DNA of 64,000 nucleotides from positions 30,831 through 94,830 of IMG/VR virus record IMGVR_UViG_3300005529_000003, one strand, 5' to 3'. The position numbers were made by a program, and so were the translations under genes. How positions within the stretch are numbered: position 1 is the first letter of the stretch; each line of letters starts with the position of its first letter. The DNA comes from a virus. The notes beneath the pieces are model-generated. The model was not told the origin of the DNA, ran no database searches, and was given only the letters and a program-made list of their open reading frames with translations. Below are positions 54,987 to 61,662 of the stretch, one piece after another.

Positions 54987-55259
54987 TTACTGTTGAAACG
55001 CCTCGTAAACGAGCTTGTCTGCCGCAATGTCCAGGAGTAGCCCAGAACAGCTATCTCCATGCACACCGTCGTATTCTCCTTCGTTCGCCCTAGCTCCAGT
55101 GTTGTCGCAATAGACATGGGCCATTGTCTTACAAACGAGCTTCACTTCATCGTCTTTGCCATCGGCAATCCCCAGAACGTAAACAGGAGTCCCCTTAAAG
55201 ACGACGTCCGCTTCTTCCGTGACAATCGTCTCTGTCGTTCGGCAAATCAACTTGCTCAT
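54987..55259 (-). CDS. Hypothetical protein
   Basis: Start MSKLICR with AGGAG SD. Confidence 0.55.
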   Translation of the reverse strand: MSKLICRTTETIVTEEADVVFKGTPVYVLGIADGKDDEVKLVCKTMAHVYCDNTGARANEGEYDGVHGDSCSGLLLDIAADKLVYEAFQQ

Positions 55260-55260
55260 T

Positions 55261-55440
55261 TCAAGTCTCCTGGTTGACGTCAGGCGACAGGTACATCTCA
55301 GGCGTCGGATCGTCCTTCTCTTGCTGCCCCAGGCCGATCTCAACGAGGCGAGTGGCATCGAGACATTCGCTCCCGGCAAACCCTTGAGCCTCCACCTTCG
55401 CGTTCCCCCACTCGTCTATACGAATGATGATCTTCTTCAC
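55261..55440 (-). CDS. DUF2997 family protein (59 aa, absent from the ORF track)
   Basis: Hand-translated VKKIIIRIDEWGNAKVEAQGFAGSECLDATRLVEIGLG...PTPEMY. Confidence 0.8.
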   Translation of the reverse strand: MKKIIIRIDEWGNAKVEAQGFAGSECLDATRLVEIGLGQQEKDDPTPEMYLSPDVNQET

Positions 55441-55443
55441 TTG

Positions 55444-55671
55444 TTAACCTTTCATGAAGACCGTTTGTTCAAAGCCCTTGTGCGATACGAGCCACTCCAC
55501 AAACGCATTGTTCCATTCGTACTTTGCCTTGAACTCTCGGCCCTCAGCCGCACACACCTTTCTGAATTCGATCGCATAACAACGAGTGTCGTACGGGCCT
55601 ACCACAACGTGATGGATTGAGCCTGCGGAGTCATGCAGAATGATCGCCAATCGCAGGCTCATTATTAGCAC
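55444..55671 (-). CDS. Hypothetical protein
   Basis: 75-aa ORF. Confidence 0.45.
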   Translation of the reverse strand: MLIMSLRLAIILHDSAGSIHHVVVGPYDTRCYAIEFRKVCAAEGREFKAKYEWNNAFVEWLVSHKGFEQTVFMKG

Positions 55672-56057
55672 TCCTCTGACAGGTTCTCGAAAGTCTTGAC
55701 AGCCACGTCCGGAACAGAGATCTCTTCAGGCGGCTCGAGGGCGATCGTATCAAGCTCCAGGCCTTCCCATTCTTCTTTCCACAACTCGAATGCCCGCCCC
55801 GCTTCTGACTCTGCCCAGTTCTCCGATCGCTCGTCGGCATAGTCCGTCATGACCTGAACGACCTCGTCCCTGAAAGCCACTGCCTCCTCGATCATCTTGT
55901 TCAACCGCTTCAACGGCTCGTCGATACTCCGCTCCCACTCCCGTTGAAAAGCGTCGTTGAAGTCTGAGATCCCATTCTCAAGCTCTGATGCTGCCTCGGC
56001 CAACTCCCTGGCGAGGCGTGCTTTCTTATTCAGTTGTTCTCTGTCGAGCTTCTTCAC
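55665..56057 (-). CDS. Acidic helical hypothetical protein
   Basis: GGAGG SD; YADERSENWAESEAG motif. Confidence 0.7.
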   Translation of the reverse strand: MKKLDREQLNKKARLARELAEAASELENGISDFNDAFQREWERSIDEPLKRLNKMIEEAVAFRDEVVQVMTDYADERSENWAESEAGRAFELWKEEWEGLELDTIALEPPEEISVPDVAVKTFENLSEEC

Positions 56058-56558
56058 TTGATCAACCTCCTGATTTCTTCCTCTATCCAGTTAACAATAC
56101 GGGGCGTTACACCCTCGATCAAACTGTAAGGGCCGTCGCTGTATTTGTTAGCAACAAAAAATAGTAGAATCAGCAACACTCCGCCTGTGATCATTTGGTG
56201 TACCACAACTCCTTCCACGCTCGCCCAATTTCTTTGTCCATTTCATCCTGTTCTGGAGTTGTTTTTCCGTAGCTATCTTGAAGTGCGGGCCAGATGATTC
56301 CTGCTCCTTCCAACGCTCTTGCGATAGCAGCGATGCAGATTCCTTCCTTTCGTGCTGCTTCCAGAATGATGTGATAGTCAGTCGCACTGTTGTATTTACG
56401 CATTGCTGTTTTTCGGCCATGCCTTTCGTGAAGTTCAGTCGTGAAACGTGATTGACCACTCGCTGTAGAGAGTGATCGCCATGAATGGGTGAGCGAAGAA
56501 GTCGTGAATGAAAGCCCAAAAGAACTTCTCCTTCGCATTCTTGCAAGCCTTGCGAGGG

Positions 56559-56819
56559 TCAGTCCTCATCGTCTTCTTCCTCTTCTTCTTCTTCTTCTTC
56601 CTCTTCGGTTTCTTCAAAGACAAGCCCAAGTCCTTCGAACACACCAGCGACATGCTGAATCTGCTCCCAGTCCCATTCCTTGTCAGGATTCAGGACGTAC
56701 TTGCCAGTATCGAGGTCCATCTCCGCGTAGAAGATGTCATGGAGTTCCTCGAGTGCGACTACGAGTTCAGTGTTCGAGACAGCCTGCTTCAAGATCCTTT
56801 CGCGTTCCTGGAAAGTCAC
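56559..56819 (-). CDS. Acidic-tailed hypothetical protein
   Basis: GAGGAG SD; NPDKEW motif, poly-Glu tail. Confidence 0.6.
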   Translation of the reverse strand: MTFQERERILKQAVSNTELVVALEELHDIFYAEMDLDTGKYVLNPDKEWDWEQIQHVAGVFEGLGLVFEETEEEEEEEEEEEDDED

Positions 56820-56831
56820 CTCTTGCTCCTC

Positions 56832-57230
56832 TCAGTAAGCGGCCAACTCCAAAACAACCTCCTGGCCCTCTTCCTGCGTAGAGAGAAGCGTGAGTCCCTG
56901 CTCCTCCGCACTCACGAGGACGCTTTGCTTGGCGTACTCCCGCAAGAACTTCTTCAGCTCACTGACCTTCCCCCAGTGACCGTCCTGCACCTGGCGGATG
57001 TCGTTCACTGTCGGTGGGTTCTCGGAGTAGTTGTCAAACGTCAGCGTGCCGTCCGCGTTGAAGCAGACGGGGTAAAGCCAGTTAGGCAACTTGACCCACA
57101 TGCCATTCATCGTCCGGCTTGCGTACCCCCTGACCTCACCGACGCCGTGAACAAGACCCAACGCCTTGCAAGCCCGCTCGAACACCCTCTCGGAACGCAC
57201 CTGCGTCTTGACAGTGCTGATGTGAGACAC
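56832..57230 (-). CDS. DUF1257 (Ycf35) family protein
   Basis: GTG start (M)SHISTVKTQVR...ACKALGL...VKLPNWLYPV...FDNY...WG...YA; GGAGGA SD. Confidence 0.8.
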   Translation of the reverse strand: MSHISTVKTQVRSERVFERACKALGLVHGVGEVRGYASRTMNGMWVKLPNWLYPVCFNADGTLTFDNYSENPPTVNDIRQVQDGHWGKVSELKKFLREYAKQSVLVSAEEQGLTLLSTQEEGQEVVLELAAY

Positions 57231-57264
57231 TATTCGATCCTCCGTCTGTTTGTGTGTAAAAAGA

Positions 57265-57303
57265 AAAGTCTCCTCCACCTCATCAAGAAGCGGAAGAGAC
57301 TTT
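57265..57303. repeat. 39-bp dyad element, copy 7
   Basis: aaagtctcctccacctc-atcaa-gaagcggaagagacttt. Confidence 0.75.
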
Positions 57304-57304
57304 A

Positions 57305-57788
57305 AGAGAAGAAATGGCCTGGTGACTTTTCCCTCAAGCTCTAGGCTCGAGAAGGGGCACCGCCGAAGCTGATCATTCAACCGGAGTCACGGTGTAAGCT
57401 GCTGGCACTTCGTTGGAAGTCAGAAGCCTTGCCACTCGTTTGAGTCAGGCCATTGTGCTTTAAAGAGATGAGATCGGTCGATCGGAGTCTCTGTGGCTGG
57501 GATTTGCACCGAGCTGTTATCACAGTTTGCCAGACGCCCGTCTAGACCAAGCGGTTGACCGTCGCGCGACGAACTGCGACAGTCTAACCGATCTCGTCTC
57601 TTCTGAAATGTGTTTGCGAGCCCGCCACTCGTACAATATCGCTAGTCAAGACTTACCGTTCGTCTTGAAAAGTCTTTTCTTCCTCCCCGGCGAGGCAAGA
57701 GAGTAGAGAACAAGTCAAGCTGTACTTGATCTACTCTCTACTGCCTAAAGGAGAAAGAAGAAACTTTCTTGGGAGCTAGCCTTCTTGT
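57305..57788 (-). ncRNA. Long structured leader / candidate ncRNA
   Basis: Non-coding stretch between a consensus promoter and the first gene; 16-bp closing stem 57463-57478/57587-57602 plus internal hairpins. Confidence 0.5.
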
Positions 57789-57794
57789 ACGGTG

Positions 57795-57824
57795 ATTATA
57801 CCAAGGGGTCGAAAAAGCTGTCAA
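57795..57824 (-). promoter_or_regulatory. Consensus sigma70 promoter of the leftward operon
   Basis: TTGACA-18 nt (ending TGG)-TATAAT. Confidence 0.85.
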
Positions 57825-57888
57825 GAGCAGTTTGAACATAATCGCGAAAATGTTACGAAAAAGTTTCCTAACACTTCTTCGTGAGTTC

Positions 57889-58488
57889 TTATTTACTCTT
57901 TGCAAGTTTCTCTCGCTCCTCGACAACGCGACACCAGAACTTCTCGGCTTCAGAATTGATGCGTGAAATTTCTCCTTCGTTGCGAGGATAAAGCACGACG
58001 GCGAATTCCTCACTCTTTGCGAATGATGTCGGATTATACGACACATAATGATGAAGCAACGACCCTGAGATGCCGATCTGCCAATCACACTGCGGCTGAT
58101 ACTTGACAGGAATCTTCCCATCAAGTGCTAATTTGTGGTCATCCTTGTTTGGGCACTTGATCTCGATGGTGATGCGATTCTTGGAATCCCAGCCATCAAG
58201 AGATACCTTCATCCACTCTCTGACGTCGTCCTCACCACACACAGGGAGGACAGGGATGCCCATGATGGCCTCGTAGAGAGCCCTAGCGACCGGCTCCAGG
58301 TCGTGCCCTCGTCGCATCGCCCCGTTGCTCTTCCTCGCTGGCACGCCCGTTACCTTCTCTCTGAGGAGCTTCTCGGGCTTTGTCCACGGAGAGACGCCGA
58401 GGATGATGGGGATGTCGGAACTTCCAATGCCTGCTTGCCTCCAGGCGAGCCACTCTGGCGTTCCTTGTTGTAAATTAATGATCTTCAC
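57889..58488 (-). CDS. YqaJ / lambda-type exonuclease
   Basis: QGTPEWLAWRQAGIGSSD, RGHDLEP, SLDG, IEIKCP, YQPQ. Confidence 0.93.
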   Translation of the reverse strand: MKIINLQQGTPEWLAWRQAGIGSSDIPIILGVSPWTKPEKLLREKVTGVPARKSNGAMRRGHDLEPVARALYEAIMGIPVLPVCGEDDVREWMKVSLDGWDSKNRITIEIKCPNKDDHKLALDGKIPVKYQPQCDWQIGISGSLLHHYVSYNPTSFAKSEEFAVVLYPRNEGEISRINSEAEKFWCRVVEEREKLAKSK

Positions 58489-58648
58489 GAAACGTGCCTT
58501 TATAAATGCGGGCGGTACTGAAACACATAAGTTTAACTCCTGGTCGAAAAGGAGCAGAAGAAACTTTTCTTCTTGCCAACTTCGGATCTCGAGTTAGCTT
58601 TCTTTCGTCAGGTAACTTTCACAATGAATTTGAATACTCGCGGTTCTG

Positions 58649-59044
58649 ATGTCTCGTCGTCCCACTGATTCGTCCTTTCTCCAGCAACTCAAAGACGGTT
58701 CCGGCTTCTGGCTTCCCAACGATCTCGTCGATCTTCACGCGGAAGTTCTGGGGCCTTTCGGAGTTTTCCTTTACGTCATCCTGGCGAGGGCGATCACGCC
58801 TTCCTTCTATCCCAGTGTGAAGGAGTTGGCCTTCCAGTCCCGAATGCCGGCGAGAGAAGTCCGCAAGAAGCTCCTCCAGCTTGCGAGCCTCGAGTTGTTG
58901 AACGACAATGACCTTGAGCGCCTCCGTGGTTACTACTACGATCGCAAGGGCAAGAACTCAAGCGGCAAGAGCCACTGCGAGGAGCCCGCCTTGCCGGAAG
59001 AACTCACACCAGACGAGGACGTCGAAGGGGGTTGCGAGTTGTGA
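58649..59044 (+). CDS. Winged-HTH protein resembling a phage replication-initiator N-terminus
   Basis: FWLPND...LGPFGVFLYVIL...FYPSVKELA...VRKKL..L...LL. Confidence 0.65.
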   Translation: MSRRPTDSSFLQQLKDGSGFWLPNDLVDLHAEVLGPFGVFLYVILARAITPSFYPSVKELAFQSRMPAREVRKKLLQLASLELLNDNDLERLRGYYYDRKGKNSSGKSHCEEPALPEELTPDEDVEGGCEL

Positions 59045-59102
59045 AAAGTTTCTTTTGTCCCCCTGATGTCAACAACTCGATAACAAGAAGAAAGAAACAC
59101 AC

Positions 59103-59348
59103 ATGAATCGAATGTCTCTCACCAAGTACTTGCTCGTTGTCGGCTTCTTCTTTGTCGCCCTGACAGTCGCTGTCCTTGTCTGCATTCCCTCCTCGGACGA
59201 CGACTGCGATTGTTGTGATGGCAAGTGCTGTCCGTGCAAGAAGTGTCCGTGCGGTAATAGTTGCGAGTGCAATCAAGGTAAGCCCTGCTCCTGTGAGCCA
59301 GGCAAGTGTGAGTGTGAAGACTGCCCCGGCATTGTCAACAAAAAGTAA
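59103..59348 (+). CDS. Signal-anchored metallothionein-like Cys-rich protein
   Basis: TM segment followed by 16 Cys in CxC/CC motifs. Confidence 0.65.
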   Translation: MNRMSLTKYLLVVGFFFVALTVAVLVCIPSSDDDCDCCDGKCCPCKKCPCGNSCECNQGKPCSCEPGKCECEDCPGIVNKK

Positions 59349-59363
59349 GCGAGTCACGTCAAC

Positions 59364-60281
59364 TTGAGCTACCAAGAAAATCTTCCTTCTGCTCCTTTAA
59401 GGAGTCAGAGAGAACAAAGGAACGAGCTATCTGTAACGACTGCCGATAGTAGTCAGTTTTCGATCAAGGCGATGTTCGCCCTCGCCAAGGCGTGTTCGGC
59501 CAGCGGTTTTTACAAGGACGCCAAGGACCCCAACAAGGCGATCGTCAAGATGATGATTGGGCACGAGTTGGGGATCGGGCCTGGCGCTTCTCTCAGCGGC
59601 ATCTACATCGTCCAGGACAAAGTCGTCCTCTCATCGAACCTTCTCGCCGGCCTGGTGAAGAAGAGTGGCCGTTACGACTACCGCGTTAAACTTCTTGACG
59701 CTGAGAAAGGATGCGTACTCGAGTTCTTCGAAGTGCAGGAGACTCCTCAAGGCAAGAAGCTAACGTCGATCGGCACGTCGGAGTTTCTCAAGGCCGACGC
59801 TGAACGAGCAGGGCTGCTAAACAAGCCAGGCCCGTGGAAGCAGTACCCGAAGAATATGTACTTCGCGCGTGCGCTTTCCAACGGACAGCGCATGTTCGCC
59901 CCCGACCTGAGTGCTGGGACGCCCGTCTACACCCCGAACGAACTTGGAGTCGAGGAGAATGAGGACGGCGAGATCGTTGCTGACGATGGAAGTCCGACTT
60001 CTCCGACGATCGCCAAGAAGCTCCAAGACCTCTGCAACCAAACAGAGACGTCTGTGGAAGCGCTCTTGAGGCACTACGGATCGCCGACGATCGCAGATCT
60101 AGGAGATCAAGCAGCGTCTGCGGCGATCAGCCTCCTCGAGCAAAAGCTCGCCATCCGCCAAGTTCAGCAAGTCCAATTGAACAAAAACAATGCTGCGGCA
60201 ACTGTCGCCGTGGCGAACGTACAAGAACCTGAATCTGTTGAATCTGTTGAATCTGTTGAAGTAAAGAAAGAGAGTGATTGA
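59364..60281 (+). CDS. RecT/Bet-like single-strand annealing protein
   Basis: VKMMIGHELGIGP..SLSGIYIV, DAERAGL, WKQYPKNMYFARA; start uncertain. Confidence 0.8.
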   Translation: MSYQENLPSAPLRSQREQRNELSVTTADSSQFSIKAMFALAKACSASGFYKDAKDPNKAIVKMMIGHELGIGPGASLSGIYIVQDKVVLSSNLLAGLVKKSGRYDYRVKLLDAEKGCVLEFFEVQETPQGKKLTSIGTSEFLKADAERAGLLNKPGPWKQYPKNMYFARALSNGQRMFAPDLSAGTPVYTPNELGVEENEDGEIVADDGSPTSPTIAKKLQDLCNQTETSVEALLRHYGSPTIADLGDQAASAAISLLEQKLAIRQVQQVQLNKNNAAATVAVANVQEPESVESVESVEVKKESD

Positions 60282-60283
60282 GT

Positions 60284-60802
60284 ATGGCTTACGATCTTGA
60301 GTCCCTTTACGTCGGTGAAGTCGTCGAACACAACGCCGGTGCTGACAAGAACGATAACCTGAAGGTCGTCCTCGACGTCAAGCTCGCCGGCAAGTTGATG
60401 GATAAGTTCAACCCTGACGGCGGTGTCGATCCACTCGACCAGAACGCCGTTGTCCAGGTGCAGTTGAACTTCTCCGACTCCGATACTCGCATGGACATCC
60501 TCGAGAAGCAGCTCGAGAAGCTAGGCTTCGACGCCGACACCACTCCAATCACCGCCTTGATCCCCGGAGAGCCCGGCCATCACTCCTTCGTCGGCCAGAA
60601 GGTCTTCCTCCAGGGCACGCTGTCGAGTCAGAACGGCAAGACATCGCTGTTCTGGAACCTCCGCTTCCCTCGTCGCTTCCAGGCTCGCCTCGACACCGAG
60701 AAGCGCGATCTCGTTCTCTCGAAAGTGACCGAGACGTGGTCGAAGCGGAAGAAGGCGAAGCAAGAGACGACACAAGTCGCCTCTGCCGAGATCCCGTTCT
60801 AA
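60284..60802 (+). CDS. SSB-like protein (DUF669-type) ending EIPF
   Basis: Follows the annealing protein; SSB-type C-terminal tip. Confidence 0.55.
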   Translation: MAYDLESLYVGEVVEHNAGADKNDNLKVVLDVKLAGKLMDKFNPDGGVDPLDQNAVVQVQLNFSDSDTRMDILEKQLEKLGFDADTTPITALIPGEPGHHSFVGQKVFLQGTLSSQNGKTSLFWNLRFPRRFQARLDTEKRDLVLSKVTETWSKRKKAKQETTQVASAEIPF

Positions 60803-60820
60803 CAGCAACTTCTTGAAATT

Positions 60821-60895
60821 GCCCCGCTGTCATCCACAATGCACTCCGACTCTCACTCACTCGTTCGGATGGCAGCGGGGCTTTCTTTTCTTTTC
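60821..60895 (+). terminator. Terminator-like long hairpin
   Basis: gccccgctgtcatcc/ggatggcagcggggc followed by tttcttttcttttc; the loop is unusually large. Confidence 0.55.
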
Positions 60896-60927
60896 TACAC
60901 ACCGCATAACAGAGAAAGAAAACACAC

Positions 60928-61635
60928 ATGACTCCTGAAGAGTTCGTTATCTGGCTGTGGAATTCGATCGTCTCTCACCCCGAAGTCAGTCTGTTCAACT
61001 CCTTCCTGACGACTCTCGGGTTCATTGCCATCCTCCTCATCAAGAAGTACAAGAAGCCCATAGTCGTTATCGAAGAGAAGATGGAGTACGACCCCGTCTA
61101 TCACCCACTCAGTGCGATCATCAACGGCAGCAAGGTAACGGACTGGGTCAGGGACGCTGGCTGCTACATTCACAGGAATCGCACTGGCTTCGGTTTCACG
61201 TTCATCCCTGAAACTTCCTGTAAGGACGAACAGATCGTCCTTGTACAGGGCATGATCGACGTGACAAAGCTCTTGACGAGCGAGCAGTACACGCAGCTTT
61301 ACAACGACTGCAAGGCGCTTCAGAAACAGGTTGATCTTTATTGTGACAACCAGGCCCGTGAAGTTCTTGCCAAGGTCTTCGTTACTGACCCCGATTCCCC
61401 GCCTCTGCCGAACTTCACTCGCAACGGTCAGGTTCTGTCAGCGAATGGTACTTGGATTACCCCTACCACCTCTCCTCTTGCTGAAGTCCGAGGTTCTGCT
61501 TCTCCTGTGGGCTTCACTCCGGCTGAACTGCGAGCGCCTCAACAGCAGCAAGAAGACAAAAAGGTTAGCGCAAAGGATGTAAAGGATGCAAAGGATTACG
61601 TCAACCACAAGAGTTATCACTGCGCGCTCCGTTAA
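60928..61635 (+). CDS. Membrane-anchored hypothetical protein
   Basis: TM FLTTLGFIAILLI followed by KKYKK. Confidence 0.6.
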   Translation: MTPEEFVIWLWNSIVSHPEVSLFNSFLTTLGFIAILLIKKYKKPIVVIEEKMEYDPVYHPLSAIINGSKVTDWVRDAGCYIHRNRTGFGFTFIPETSCKDEQIVLVQGMIDVTKLLTSEQYTQLYNDCKALQKQVDLYCDNQAREVLAKVFVTDPDSPPLPNFTRNGQVLSANGTWITPTTSPLAEVRGSASPVGFTPAELRAPQQQQEDKKVSAKDVKDAKDYVNHKSYHCALR

Positions 61636-61662
61636 TTCGCTTTAGAGAAGAAAGTAAGTGTA

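Noticed and set aside
20-57303. CRISPR array or integron attC cassettes
   Set aside because: The repeats are dispersed and divergent, with no regular spacers and no cas genes; they lack RYYYAAC/GTTRRRY boxes and the integrase is phage-type, not IntI-like.
57490-57535. c-di-GMP-I or cobalamin riboswitch (GGCAAAC...GGTGCAAATCC on minus)
   Set aside because: Only short sub-motifs match; the remaining conserved stems and boxes are not evident.
34300-60260. 9-bp microrepeats (34300-34345, 44107-44150, 60231-60260) as phase-variation tracts
   Set aside because: The unit length is a multiple of 3 within low-complexity linkers, so slippage would not shift the frame.
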